From Opitutales bacterium (GTDB lineage Bacteria; Verrucomicrobiota; Verrucomicrobiia; Opitutales; UBA2987), in assembly GCA_965226885.1 (NCBI GenBank), contig CBDDEL010000017.1, positions 640,001-704,000 on the forward strand: a DNA stretch of 64,000 bases, read 5' to 3'. Numbering within the stretch: position 1 is the stretch's first letter; the number at the start of each line of letters is the position of its first letter. A model generated the notes under the pieces. That model had not been told where the DNA came from. It saw only the letters and a list, made by a program, of their open reading frames with translations, and searched no databases. Position numbers and translations under genes: made by a program. Shown here one piece after another: positions 42,498 through 52,928 of this stretch.

Positions 42498-44351
42498 TCA
42501 GCGTAGCGGGATCGGGCTGCGCCATAGGCGAATGGGCAGAAGACCAGCGCCGATAATTATCATTTGGCTGCACACAAACATTAAAAGCCAAAAGGTGGCC
42601 TTGTCTATAAATCCGTATGCGTGGAGGCCCACCCCCAGCATGTTGGTGCCGAACCAGGACCAGCATGTGACGACATTGCCGAAAACGGCCAGGCACATGA
42701 TGCCGCGTGGCCCTGTTATCTTTCCCCAACGGCAATGCAGCACCAAGGCGTTCCAGACGACGATCATGAGGGCGCCGTTTTCCTTGGGGTCCCAGCCCCA
42801 AAACCGGCCCCAGGACTGATCGGCCCAGATTCCTCCCAGGACGGTTCCCACAAAACTAAAGAGAAGGGCAAAGCATACGATGCCGTAAACCATACCATTG
42901 AGCCCTTGGGCCGTGGTTTTGTCGAGGCCACGCGTGAGCAGGCCACGAAGAATGTAAATGATAGCCAGAGCGCCGGCCAGGAAAGTCGCCGAATAGCCCA
43001 TAGTGACGGTGACGACATGTGTAGCCAGCCAGAAATTGGAGTCCAGCACAGCGCGCATCATTTCCATGGTGTCTCCGCTTCGGGACAGGTTATGGGCTAT
43101 GACGAGGGTGGAAAACCCGATCATCCCGGCCACCGCGGAACCGATCCCGTTTTTGTAAATGCGCTCCAGGATGATGCTTAAAAGAACTGCCACGAGGCCG
43201 ACAAAAACGGCGGACGAATACAGATTGGTGACTGGGGGACGGCCCTGTATGATCATCCGGGCCAAGAGCCCGATTGTCTGCACGGAAAATGCCAGCAGGA
43301 GCAGCCTATAAGCGGCCCGGTTCAAGGTCCCGGGCCAGCACAGCCAGGATATGGCCGCCACAAGGAAAACCATCACATAGAGAACGCTGCTGAGGTAGAA
43401 AGGTTCAAACTGGTTCAGGAAATATTCGGATCTACCATAGCGATAATGGTTTTTCGACCGCCTTTTCAGCTCATCTTTAAGCGATGTGAGGACGGTATTG
43501 AAAGTGGTTGCATCGTCCGCCTTATAAGCATCCGACAGCCGGGCATAATAAATCACGGACGGATCAATCTGTCCGGTCCTAATGACCTGGACCAGGCTTT
43601 CACCGATGTTTTCCCAGCTTTCCGGGCCGTCCTGTGGAGCGGGCGGGGGAATGATTTTTAAAGATGCCGTTTCCGATATGGAACGATAACGGCTGACAAA
43701 ATACAGGAAGCGGTCGAGCTTGACTTTATCGTGTTCTTCTCCCGCTTGCTGTTTATCCAGCTCTTCGCTGCCTTCTTCTATGGCGGTTTGATAGACGTGG
43801 TATTCGTGCTCGATGCCAGTGATTGCGTCGGGCGGGGAAATGCTGTGGGCCAAGCGGTAATAAACATTGAGGGCATTCAAGAGATTGATAGTGGCCCGCT
43901 CGTAGGCGGACCTTAATTGTGCCTCCTCGTTGACCAATTGACCCTGCCTTTGGATATCCTCGATATAGGGGCGTAAATCATCAAAGGAAAACAGAAAGCG
44001 GATTTTTTCCGCCTCCTCGATGCCCAGGCCGATCATCCCCAATAATTCCGGATTGGTGATGTAGAAAACATTCCTATGGTCGGCTTTTTGAGGATTAAAG
44101 GTAAGTTCCATGAGCCACTCAATGGCGGATACTTTTCCCCGTGCCTCATTGCGATAGGTCTGCTTTCTGCTCAACAGGAGCAATGCATTGCGGGCTGCGC
44201 TGTCCAGCGGCTTGAGACGGCCTCCCTCCAGCGTGGGCAGGGTGGCAAAATCCTTGACATTAAAATCGCCGCTATAGCGGGCGGGGCGCAAACCGCCGAT
44301 AACGATGACTATGCCCAGCGCCAGAATGATTATGCCGACGGCTTTTTTCAT
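42498..44351 (-). CDS. ccsA: Cytochrome c biogenesis protein CcsA (System II), long form
   Basis: GRLKPLD, NFWLATHV and WWD domain GGIWADQSWGRFWGWDPKE; GLHAYG. Confidence 0.92.
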   Translation of the reverse strand: MKKAVGIIILALGIVIVIGGLRPARYSGDFNVKDFATLPTLEGGRLKPLDSAARNALLLLSRKQTYRNEARGKVSAIEWLMELTFNPQKADHRNVFYITNPELLGMIGLGIEEAEKIRFLFSFDDLRPYIEDIQRQGQLVNEEAQLRSAYERATINLLNALNVYYRLAHSISPPDAITGIEHEYHVYQTAIEEGSEELDKQQAGEEHDKVKLDRFLYFVSRYRSISETASLKIIPPPAPQDGPESWENIGESLVQVIRTGQIDPSVIYYARLSDAYKADDATTFNTVLTSLKDELKRRSKNHYRYGRSEYFLNQFEPFYLSSVLYVMVFLVAAISWLCWPGTLNRAAYRLLLLAFSVQTIGLLARMIIQGRPPVTNLYSSAVFVGLVAVLLSIILERIYKNGIGSAVAGMIGFSTLVIAHNLSRSGDTMEMMRAVLDSNFWLATHVVTVTMGYSATFLAGALAIIYILRGLLTRGLDKTTAQGLNGMVYGIVCFALLFSFVGTVLGGIWADQSWGRFWGWDPKENGALMIVVWNALVLHCRWGKITGPRGIMCLAVFGNVVTCWSWFGTNMLGVGLHAYGFIDKATFWLLMFVCSQMIIIGAGLLPIRLWRSPIPLR

Positions 44352-45544
44352 GATTTTTGCTTTTGGGTAAAGCGGATTAGGTGATAGCCGAATTGAAAAA
44401 GGAGCCCCAAGGAAACCAGGATGCACGATATATAGGGAATCAGCCATCCCGGATTTCTCACCACCTGCAGCATGGATGCTTTGTCGTCGGGGGTGAAGGA
44501 TGCCTGGAAAAAGGTGAGTCCGGCATAGCGCAGGGGATGGTTCATGTAGATCAACACCTGTCTGTCTTCACCGGTCTGGGAATTTTTGAGGCGTATTTTG
44601 CTGGAAAAATTTTTCGGTATTTCCGTGCCGGGATAACGATCGTGAGTGAAATCGATCAACTCGATGGTATAAGGCAGGTATTCGCGTTTCAGCCGCAAGG
44701 CGATTTCAAAGACCTTACCTGCATGTAGAACAGTTTGAGCCGGAAAATCATCACCCAGCCAGGCCGAAACCAGCCAGGTCCCCAGGGAGCCTTCGGTCCC
44801 GATTAATTCCACCACGGCCGCGGGGACATCCTTTTCATTCTGCCTGGAGGTTTTCGGTCTTTCTTTGGCAGTTAAACCCATTTCAACGCCCAAGCCCTTG
44901 TTGGCGGGAAGCTGGGCGGTGGAGCCTCCTCCACCCTCTTCTCGATTTCGAAAAAGGGCCGAGTTGGGATAAAAATGGTCGATGCGAATCCGAAAAGGTA
45001 GTTTGGGGTGTTGAAAGGATCTATTCCTGGCAAAAAGCTTGGTCGGAATACTGACCACGCCGTCCGTCTCCGGATCGCTTTTATCGATAATGACCAATTC
45101 GGTGTCAAAATAGCTTTCCATATAATTGGCTGTGCCGCCTTCGTTAATCCAGAGGGTGCTCTCTTCCTGCAGGATGTTGGTTAACAACTGGCTGATTAAG
45201 AGAAGCACCACACCGGTGTGGATCATGACGATGCCGGCTTTTTTCCAACTGGGCCGGAAATAGCGAAAATGGGCCGATGTAAGATTCACCACCAGTAGCG
45301 GACCGATCAGGTAACCACCGGGCACGGGCAGGCCGAGCCGGGAGAACCAGCTTCCCAACCACCATTGCGGTGGGTATTTCCAGATACCAAAAAAACTTTC
45401 AAAATATTCCTTTTGGGCACCTCGAATGCCCATGTTAACCTGGTCCAGTGTACCGAAAAAAATCAGCGCCAAGGAACAGGCCAACAGCGCCACGGTAAGC
45501 CGCACCGAAGTGATAACGTTTAAAATTTGCCTTATGACGTTCAT
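44348..45544 (-). CDS. ResB/CcsB-family cytochrome c biogenesis protein
   Basis: N-terminal TMs with conserved His (MIHTG); PKNFSS..IYMNHPLRYAGLTFFQAS; ATGA-coupled to ccsA. Confidence 0.85.
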   Translation of the reverse strand: MNVIRQILNVITSVRLTVALLACSLALIFFGTLDQVNMGIRGAQKEYFESFFGIWKYPPQWWLGSWFSRLGLPVPGGYLIGPLLVVNLTSAHFRYFRPSWKKAGIVMIHTGVVLLLISQLLTNILQEESTLWINEGGTANYMESYFDTELVIIDKSDPETDGVVSIPTKLFARNRSFQHPKLPFRIRIDHFYPNSALFRNREEGGGGSTAQLPANKGLGVEMGLTAKERPKTSRQNEKDVPAAVVELIGTEGSLGTWLVSAWLGDDFPAQTVLHAGKVFEIALRLKREYLPYTIELIDFTHDRYPGTEIPKNFSSKIRLKNSQTGEDRQVLIYMNHPLRYAGLTFFQASFTPDDKASMLQVVRNPGWLIPYISCILVSLGLLFQFGYHLIRFTQKQKS

Positions 45545-45553
45545 TTGAAGCGT

Positions 45554-46651
45554 TTAAAATTTTACCGAATTTAGAAATTCCATAAATGGTTTTTGCTGTA
45601 TTTCGACCAGGGATGCATCGCCCGACATTTTAAAAAACCAGGAATTTCCTTTATGGGTAAAGGTGCCTACCAAGCTGCGCTGTGGATGAAATTTTCCAGC
45701 GGGAGGGGTCAATCCAGAGAGGTCCACATATTGGCATTCTTTGCCGTCGATGTCCAGTTTCTCTACGACCGTATCCACCATCCCGGCCGTAACCGGACCG
45801 AGCCCGATTTGGTTTCGCCAGCGGTTGATGTTGGCCAGCATGCCCCCGACATCGCCCGGAAAGGTGGTCACGGCGATATCCACCATTTTGTTGTCGTCTC
45901 CCATCACCTGATAACTGCCGCGCCTCATCTGCGAAGGCCTACCGGGTTGCCAAACTTCTGGAATGGTCCATTGGGGGTTGCCCTGCTGGGAAGAAGCATT
46001 CTGGGGCAGGTTTTGCATGGCCATTCCACCAGCGATCCCGGCATGGGGATCCCGGTCGATTTCAACCGAACTTAAAAATTCCAGAAAACGATCGGTCTCG
46101 GCCATTATGGTCGCTTCCGCGCCCTTTAGCTTGAAGAACCATGTGCGGCTGGGCTCTTTCAAGACTGCCGCCAGGACGGATATAATATTCTCCTCCTCCC
46201 CAAGGGGTTTATCGCTCGTCAATCGAATGAGGGTGAATTCATTGTCACCGGCTGAAAATTTTTCAAAAATATCCTGGTTGGAACGCGCATCCTCTTTTTC
46301 CAGTTTAAGCTCGTCAGCCAGGAGATGGGCAAAATCCTCGACCTGAACGGCCTGGGGCGGAAAGTCCAAAACCACAACATCGGCATGAGGCAAGTCATTT
46401 GGGTGGATGTGGAAATTGCCCCTGACAGAACGCTGGGCTTCGCCTTCCACCCAGCCTTGAGGGGTTTTCCAGGAGATGCCGGGAGGATGGCCTGCAGTAG
46501 GCGGATGGCCCGGGGGCAGGCCGTCAGATCTCGCTAGATTGGGGGTTTCTTTGGGAATTTCATAATAAACAACCTCATTTTTTTTACAAGCACCCAGCAA
46601 GCAGATGACCAGCAATGCGAATCGAAACATCCAAATTCGGTTCAGCTTCAT
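45554..46651 (-). CDS. Conserved hypothetical lipoprotein with two repeated domains
   Basis: Lipobox LLGAC; two WxxPxxW...WFFK domains; GGMLANINRWRNQIGL; LPPGHPP. Confidence 0.75.
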   Translation of the reverse strand: MKLNRIWMFRFALLVICLLGACKKNEVVYYEIPKETPNLARSDGLPPGHPPTAGHPPGISWKTPQGWVEGEAQRSVRGNFHIHPNDLPHADVVVLDFPPQAVQVEDFAHLLADELKLEKEDARSNQDIFEKFSAGDNEFTLIRLTSDKPLGEEENIISVLAAVLKEPSRTWFFKLKGAEATIMAETDRFLEFLSSVEIDRDPHAGIAGGMAMQNLPQNASSQQGNPQWTIPEVWQPGRPSQMRRGSYQVMGDDNKMVDIAVTTFPGDVGGMLANINRWRNQIGLGPVTAGMVDTVVEKLDIDGKECQYVDLSGLTPPAGKFHPQRSLVGTFTHKGNSWFFKMSGDASLVEIQQKPFMEFLNSVKF

Positions 46652-46820
46652 ATATAGAAAAAGATAAGAAAATGCCTCACAGTCTCCAGTCTCGTTTGCA
46701 AATAGCCTCATTGATAGAAACGATTGAAACGTAAACCGAAAACCCAATGGGTCAAGTTGCATTGGTATTTAGGTATAATCCAGCCATTCAGAGTCGACCC
46801 CTTTTGAGGGGACCCTTTTT

Positions 46821-49070
46821 TTATTCATTGAGGATTTTTTGGCGCAGACCGGTGCAGCGATAAGAGCTTTCCTTGTTTTTTACGGCCATGGCATAGGCAG
46901 CCGGATCGCCCACCAGAAACACTTTTTTGCGGGCGCGAGTCAGCGCGGTGTAAAGCAGGTTGCGCTGCAATAGCATGTATTGCTGCTTGAGCAGGGGCAA
47001 GATTACGACCGGAAACTCGCTTCCCTGGGCTTTATGCACGGTTGTGGCATAGGCCAATTGCAAGTCGGCCAGCTCGGATCGGTCAAAATCGATTATCTTG
47101 CCATCGAATTCTGCCGCCAAGGTGCCTGACTCAAGGTTTACTGCGGTAATTTTCCCCAAATCCCCATTAAAAATCTGTTTTTCATAATTGTTTCGGGTCT
47201 GGATTATTTTGTCGCCAATTGAAAACCGGCATTCCCCAATCCGAATGCCCGAATTTCGGGGATTAATGATGGCTTGCAGTTGTTTGTTCAGATTGGCGAT
47301 GCCGACAACGCCTTTATGCATCGGCGCAATGACCTGCGCTTCCCAAACCGGGTCGAGGCCGAGTTTTTGGGGCAAAAATCGGCTGCAAAGATCGAGTACC
47401 GCTTGCAGGCATTGCTCCGGCTCGGGTGCGGTGATGAACCGCAAATCATCCTGTGGGTCGATGGAGTCAATCTCGGCTGCAGGGTGCCTGGGCGGAGTCG
47501 CTGGGTTACCTTCCAACACCTCGTAGGCAACCGTTACAATGGGGCTGCGAGCTTCCTGCCGGTAGATGGTCTTTAAACGGGTCACCGCAATAGAGCCGCA
47601 TTCCATGAGGTCTTTGAGGACATTGCCCGGTCCGACAGAGGGCAATTGGTCCACATCGCCCACCAGAACCAGGTGCAAATCCGCTGGTAATGCCCGGAAA
47701 AGAGAGGCCGCCAGGCGATTGTCGAGCATGCTGGCCTCATCCAGAATAACGGCGCCTGCCATTAACGGGTTGCTTTCGTTGACCGTGAATCGCCTTTCGG
47801 CGGGATCGAAATTGAGCAGCCGATGGATCGTACGGGAGCTGATGCCGGCCGCTTCGCTCATTCTTTGGGCCGCCCGTCCGGTGGGAGCGGCTAATATGAT
47901 TTTTACTTTTTTTGCGCCCAAAATCTCCACTATGGCGCGCAGAATCGTTGTTTTGCCGGTGCCGGGTCCACCGGTGATGACAGAAATCTTATTGCCCAAA
48001 GCAGTCCTGATGGCCTCAGCCTGCTCGGGGCCGAATGCGATGCCGCCTCTCTGCTGCGCCCAGTTGACAGCGGCTTCGATTTTAATGGGGGGAAACCCGG
48101 ACGGGTGCTTCAGCAGCCTGGCCACGCCCTGGGCGATTTTTGTTTCCGCCTGCGCCGTTAGGGGTAGTTGTAAAAGGTTATCCCGTTTATCGAGATGAAG
48201 ACTGCCTTCTCCCAGCAGGCTCTCCAAGCCACGATTGATGTTGGCCGGATCGGTTTGCAGCAATTCCGCCGCGTAGGACCGCAAATCTTCCTTTGCATAG
48301 GCGGTATGCCCCTCATCCTCAAGTGTTTGCAGGGCATGTAGGATGCCCGCTTCGATTCTCGGCGCACTGTCGTTGGCAAAACCCAGATTGATGGCGATTT
48401 TGTCGGCCGTCTTGAAACCGATGCCGGGAATCTCTCGAACTACCTGATACGGTTCCGACCGTAAAACGCGGGCTGCGTCATGGCCGTATTTGGCCACTAT
48501 TTTAACGCATTGGGCCACGGTCACCCCGTAGGTTTGCAAAAACATCATCACTTCCCGCACGGAGCGCTGCTCTTCCCAGGCTTTTTTGATGGCCCTGGCC
48601 CTCTTTCGTCCGATCCCGGGAACCTCCCTCAGGCGGGCCGATTCTTCCGAAATGATTTTCAATGTCTCCGCCCCGAAGTAGTCCACGATATTATCGGCAA
48701 AAACCTTGCCCAGGCCTGGAACCAGGCCGCTACCCAGGTATTTGCGAATTCCATAAACATTCGAAGGCAGAGTGGAACGGAATTCCCGGATTTTAAACTG
48801 CCGACCGAACCGGTTATGATCGATCCATTGGCCTGCCAGGTGCAAGGTTTCCCCGCATTGCACACCGGGTAGCGCGCCAGCGATGGTAGCCGCTTGGCCT
48901 CCTTCCCGTCCGCGGAATTCTCCAACGCAATAATGATTTTCATCATTGTAAAAAAGAATTCGCTCAAGGACACCGCGGAGGACCTCTTCGCCCGGTTTCA
49001 GGTTTATTTTTGCGGTCGAGGACACGGTTTGTGCAAGCGGTTTTGGGGTGGCGGGACGGGCTTGACCCAC
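46821..49070 (-). CDS. recD2: RecD2-like SF1B helicase
   Basis: GIGFKTADKIA, TGGPGTGKT, DEASM, GDVDQLPSVG, HKAQGSE and LYTALTR motifs. Confidence 0.93.
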   Translation of the reverse strand: MGQARPATPKPLAQTVSSTAKINLKPGEEVLRGVLERILFYNDENHYCVGEFRGREGGQAATIAGALPGVQCGETLHLAGQWIDHNRFGRQFKIREFRSTLPSNVYGIRKYLGSGLVPGLGKVFADNIVDYFGAETLKIISEESARLREVPGIGRKRARAIKKAWEEQRSVREVMMFLQTYGVTVAQCVKIVAKYGHDAARVLRSEPYQVVREIPGIGFKTADKIAINLGFANDSAPRIEAGILHALQTLEDEGHTAYAKEDLRSYAAELLQTDPANINRGLESLLGEGSLHLDKRDNLLQLPLTAQAETKIAQGVARLLKHPSGFPPIKIEAAVNWAQQRGGIAFGPEQAEAIRTALGNKISVITGGPGTGKTTILRAIVEILGAKKVKIILAAPTGRAAQRMSEAAGISSRTIHRLLNFDPAERRFTVNESNPLMAGAVILDEASMLDNRLAASLFRALPADLHLVLVGDVDQLPSVGPGNVLKDLMECGSIAVTRLKTIYRQEARSPIVTVAYEVLEGNPATPPRHPAAEIDSIDPQDDLRFITAPEPEQCLQAVLDLCSRFLPQKLGLDPVWEAQVIAPMHKGVVGIANLNKQLQAIINPRNSGIRIGECRFSIGDKIIQTRNNYEKQIFNGDLGKITAVNLESGTLAAEFDGKIIDFDRSELADLQLAYATTVHKAQGSEFPVVILPLLKQQYMLLQRNLLYTALTRARKKVFLVGDPAAYAMAVKNKESSYRCTGLRQKILNE

Positions 49071-49101
49071 GGTAATGGTTAAGGGAAGATAAGAGGCAAG
49101 G

Positions 49102-50244
49102 TTGATGGATTCTCAAGCGCAAAAAGCCATGTTCACCTCCGAGTTGGCAGGCGAACGTCTCGTCCTGCATCTTTCCGGGATTTGGAAACTAGGCTGCGGC
49201 ATTCCCGATATCGAAGAGATTGAAAAATCCGCAAAAGCGGAAACCGGCTGCAAAAGCGTCTCCTTCGACACCTCGAAGGTGGCTGGCTGGGATTCCGGTT
49301 TGATGACGTTTTTGATAAAAGTCCTGCGTTTTTGCCAGGCCAACGGCTATCGATTCGACCAGGATTCGCTGCCGGATGATTTAAGCCGCCTGCTAACTCT
49401 ATCGCAGGCCGTTCCGGAACAAGAAGATATTGGCGGCCACGCCAGGCAAAGAAGTTTCCTCTACCGGTTTGGCCAAAAGAGCCTTCGCAGTTACGAAGAA
49501 TTGGTGGCCAGCATATCTTTTGTGGGGGAATGCTTCCAGAGCGTAATAGGTCTCTTAAGGGGCCGCAGGCCGTTTCGCTGGCGGGATTTTTTTCTCGTTT
49601 TGCAAGAGGTGGGGGCCGATGCCCTGCCCATAGTCGCCCTTATCAGTTTTTTGGTCGGCGTGATCATTTCTTTTCTCGGCGCCGTGGTTCTGCAGCGGTT
49701 TGGGGCCGATGTCTATGTCTCTTACCTGGTGGCCTATGGCATGCTCAGGGAAATGGGCGCCTTGATGACCGGCATTATCATAGCGGGGCGAACAGGGGCC
49801 GCTTTTGCCGCCCAGATCGGGAGCATGAAAGTGTCCGAGGAGATCGACGCCCTCAAGACCCTGGGCATCTCCCCCATCGATTTTATTGTTCTGCCGCGCA
49901 TGCTGGCATTGTTTATCATGATGCCTCTTCTGACCATCTATGCCGACATTATCGGTATTTTCAGCGGTATGCTGATTTCCAAAGGCATGCTCGATATCGC
50001 CTATCCCATTTTTTTGAACGGTATGCTGGAGGCTGTCGACCTGCGCGACTTTTTTCTCGGCGTCGTCAAGGGAACGGTTTTTGGAGTGATCGTGGCGGTG
50101 TCGGGGTGCCTCAAAGGTATGCGGTGCGGCAACAGCGCCGACGCCGTGGGCATGGCCACCACTTCGGCCGTGGTGACGGGCATCACTTTCATCATTGTGG
50201 CCAACGCCCTCATTGACTGGATGGCCGCCATTTACGGAATTTGA
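49102..50244 (+). CDS. MlaE-family ABC permease with N-terminal STAS domain
   Basis: REMGALMT..AGRTGAAFAAQIGSMKVSEEIDAL. Confidence 0.92.
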   Translation: MMDSQAQKAMFTSELAGERLVLHLSGIWKLGCGIPDIEEIEKSAKAETGCKSVSFDTSKVAGWDSGLMTFLIKVLRFCQANGYRFDQDSLPDDLSRLLTLSQAVPEQEDIGGHARQRSFLYRFGQKSLRSYEELVASISFVGECFQSVIGLLRGRRPFRWRDFFLVLQEVGADALPIVALISFLVGVIISFLGAVVLQRFGADVYVSYLVAYGMLREMGALMTGIIIAGRTGAAFAAQIGSMKVSEEIDALKTLGISPIDFIVLPRMLALFIMMPLLTIYADIIGIFSGMLISKGMLDIAYPIFLNGMLEAVDLRDFFLGVVKGTVFGVIVAVSGCLKGMRCGNSADAVGMATTSAVVTGITFIIVANALIDWMAAIYGI

Positions 50245-50253
50245 GTCACTATT

Positions 50254-51030
50254 ATGAATAAACAGCCGAACGGAACCGCCGCTGCCCATATCGAAGTCAG
50301 CCAACTTAAGATGGCTTACGGTGATTTCGTGGTCATGCGCGACCTCAATTTCAAGGTTCGGCGCAGCGAGGTGATGGTCATCATGGGGGGGAGCGGCTGC
50401 GGCAAGAGCACCTTGCTGCGCCACCTCATCGGGTTGAAAATCCCCGCCCAAGGCGATATTCTTTACGATGGCGAAAGTTTTGTGCAGTCCTCGGAAATGG
50501 AACGGAAGAAAAAACTGCGCTCGTTCGGCGTGCTCTACCAAGGAGGCGCCTTATGGAGTTCCATGACTCTGGCCGAAAATATCACTCTGCCCCTGGAAGA
50601 ATACACCAACCTGTCACCTTCCGAAATTGGCGAAGTGGTCTCCTACAAACTCTCCCTCGTGGGGCTGGCCGGTTTCGAGGAATTTTACCCATCGGAAATC
50701 AGCGGCGGCATGCGCAAAAGAGCGGGACTGGCCAGGGCTATGGCCCTGGACCCAGAAATTCTGTTTTTCGACGAGCCCTCGGCCGGGTTGGACCCCATCA
50801 GCTCCAGCCGCCTGGACGATCTCATCCTGCAATTGCGGGACAGTTTGGGCTCCACCGTGGTAGTCGTGACCCACGAACTGCAAAGCATCTTCGCAATTGC
50901 CGACAAGGCGGTTTTCCTCGATGTTGAAAAACGCACCATGACCGCTCTGGGGAATCCCAACGAGATGCTTAACAATCCGCCCAACGACAATGTGCGGCGT
51001 TTTCTAACCCGTGACAGCGCTCCCCTTTGA
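50254..51030 (+). CDS. MlaF-family ABC ATPase
   Basis: GGSGCGKS, ISGGMRKRAGLARA and DEPSAGLDP motifs. Confidence 0.93.
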   Translation: MNKQPNGTAAAHIEVSQLKMAYGDFVVMRDLNFKVRRSEVMVIMGGSGCGKSTLLRHLIGLKIPAQGDILYDGESFVQSSEMERKKKLRSFGVLYQGGALWSSMTLAENITLPLEEYTNLSPSEIGEVVSYKLSLVGLAGFEEFYPSEISGGMRKRAGLARAMALDPEILFFDEPSAGLDPISSSRLDDLILQLRDSLGSTVVVVTHELQSIFAIADKAVFLDVEKRTMTALGNPNEMLNNPPNDNVRRFLTRDSAPL

Positions 51031-51129
51031 CTTTGACTTTTTTATCCCGCCATGCCCCAATCCTGCCCATAATCTACCGCAAGCGTCGACTGCGACTATA
51101 CTCATAACCAAAAATTTGTTTGTTTTAAT

Positions 51130-52161
51130 ATGAGCCGAAAAGCCAATCCCGCCCTGATTGGAATCTTTGTGCTGGGTTCGATCATCCTGGCGATTGCCGC
51201 CATTGTCTTTTTCAGCTCCATGAAGTTCTTCACCGAAAGCGAAGACTTTATCGTTTATTTCGATGAGGCGGTCAGCGGTCTGGATGTGGGCGCAGCGGTT
51301 AAATTTCGTGGGGTTCCCATCGGAAGCGTGAAAGAAATTTTTATACGCTATAACCAGGATGAGGAGTCAGACCACATTCCCGTCATTATTAAACTGGACC
51401 TAACCCTCCTCAACAGCTCCCTCGGGGTGGATGTCGACATTCGGGATGAAGAGGTATTTTTCGCGATCATTAACCAGGGTTACCGGGCCCAATTGGTCAT
51501 GGAGAGCTTTATTACCGGCTTGCTCTACATCGAGATCGATATCGACGAGGATGCCGGCCGCCCGAAATGGATTCAGGAAGAAGCCATCTACAAAGAGTTT
51601 CCCTCCAAACCCTCCTTGACCGCCGCTCTCGGGCAGACGGCCCAGGAGGTTTTTGCCATGATTGGGCCGCTCGATATTCAGACTATTAACAACGAATTGG
51701 TGGGAGTCCTCTCAAAAGCCAACCAGGGGCTCGACGAAATAGAGTTCGCCCGCATCAACGATTCGCTCATCGGGGCCGCCGATGCGGCCACCAAACTGAT
51801 ACAATCGGAGAAAATTACGGCCACGCTCGACAACCTCAACCAAGCCCTCAAGGAATATGAGAAACTGGCCTCCGACGTGCGCGGCAAGATCGACCCCGTG
51901 TTGGCCAAAGCGGACCTAACCAATGTTGAAATCCAGAAAACATTGCAAAAAGTACGCGATGCGTCCGCCCAGATAGAACTCGCCCTTTCACCTGAATCTT
52001 CCCTGCGCTACGAGTTGGAGAACACACTCTCCGAACTGGCCGAACTGGCCGAATCCATTCGCCTGCTGGCTGAATTCCTGGAACGCAACCCCAGGGCGCT
52101 CCTGACCGGAAAAGAGTTGCCCCTATCCGAATCCAACCGGAAGAAGAAAAAGAAAAAATGA
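51130..52161 (+). CDS. MlaD/MCE-family protein
   Basis: VSGLDVGAAVKFRGVPIGSV, helical C-terminus, LERNPRALL. Confidence 0.92.
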   Translation: MSRKANPALIGIFVLGSIILAIAAIVFFSSMKFFTESEDFIVYFDEAVSGLDVGAAVKFRGVPIGSVKEIFIRYNQDEESDHIPVIIKLDLTLLNSSLGVDVDIRDEEVFFAIINQGYRAQLVMESFITGLLYIEIDIDEDAGRPKWIQEEAIYKEFPSKPSLTAALGQTAQEVFAMIGPLDIQTINNELVGVLSKANQGLDEIEFARINDSLIGAADAATKLIQSEKITATLDNLNQALKEYEKLASDVRGKIDPVLAKADLTNVEIQKTLQKVRDASAQIELALSPESSLRYELENTLSELAELAESIRLLAEFLERNPRALLTGKELPLSESNRKKKKKK

Positions 52162-52784
52162 ATCAACAACTTTCCAACCGAATACTGATCCCCGCATCTC
52201 TCCCGCTAATGCTCTTTTTATTCATAGCGTACGGGTGCATTAACCTGGAGTCGCAGCACGATCCCACCCGTATCTTCGTGCTAAGCGGAAACTCCCCAAC
52301 AGTTCCGGCCGCGGCAAAAGAGGGATTTGCGATAAGATTTAAACAAATTGAGCTGCCATCCTACCTGGACAGCCCGAAAATAGCGACCCGCCAAGGAGGT
52401 TTCGAAATCATATACTCCGAGTTCAACCGATGGGGTGAAGACCTGGACAAGGCCATTGGGCGAATACTGGTTGAAACTCTACTGGCCCATCCCCGGATAA
52501 GAGAGGTTACCCTATCCCCATCCAACCAGGCGGAAAGCGATTTCCAGATCTCACTGAGCATTTCGCAGTTCGAAGGCATCAACAAAAATGCCGCAGTTTT
52601 GGAAGCCCGCTGGAATATAGTATATGCCGAAACCGGGGAAACTATTGAAGCAGGAATCATCACCGCCAACCGCTCTTGGGATGGGCAGGATTATGCGGCA
52701 CTCGTGCGCTCCTTAAGCGATACTCTGGCAGAGCTGGGACAAGATATTTCCCGAGTTTTCGATGAGATTTCCAAACAACCCTGA
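52158..52784 (+). CDS. PqiC-like auxiliary lipoprotein
   Basis: AYGC lipobox; LPSYLD..FNRWGEDL; position after the MCE gene. Confidence 0.85.
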   Translation: MNQQLSNRILIPASLPLMLFLFIAYGCINLESQHDPTRIFVLSGNSPTVPAAAKEGFAIRFKQIELPSYLDSPKIATRQGGFEIIYSEFNRWGEDLDKAIGRILVETLLAHPRIREVTLSPSNQAESDFQISLSISQFEGINKNAAVLEARWNIVYAETGETIEAGIITANRSWDGQDYAALVRSLSDTLAELGQDISRVFDEISKQP

Positions 52785-52820
52785 AATCACTGAAAAAAAG
52801 CATCTCCAGCATTTAAAAAC

Positions 52821-52868
52821 TGGAGCCGGCTGTCGGATTCGGATCGACGACCTGATGATTACAAATCA
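52821..52868 (-). other. tRNA-Thr(TGT) 3' half, probable att site
   Basis: Reverse complement tgatttgtaatcatcaggtcgtcgatccgaatccgacagccggctcca shows the anticodon arm, a degenerate T-arm and CCA. The 5' half is absent. Confidence 0.8.
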
Positions 52869-52928
52869 ATATATTTAATGCGTAAGCTGTTGTTTATGAG
52901 TCGCAATCCACACTTATAACACGGCTTA

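Noticed and set aside
9061..49070. recR, alkA, UDG, thpR, tatD and recD2 as a dedicated nucleic-acid repair system
   Set aside because: They are scattered over 40 kb on both strands among unrelated genes, with no operon linkage.
52031..52053. ccgaactgg tandem repeat in the MCE gene as another new duplication
   Set aside because: It encodes ELAELAE in an amphipathic helix, has 5 bp of microhomology, and there is no internal evidence of added length.
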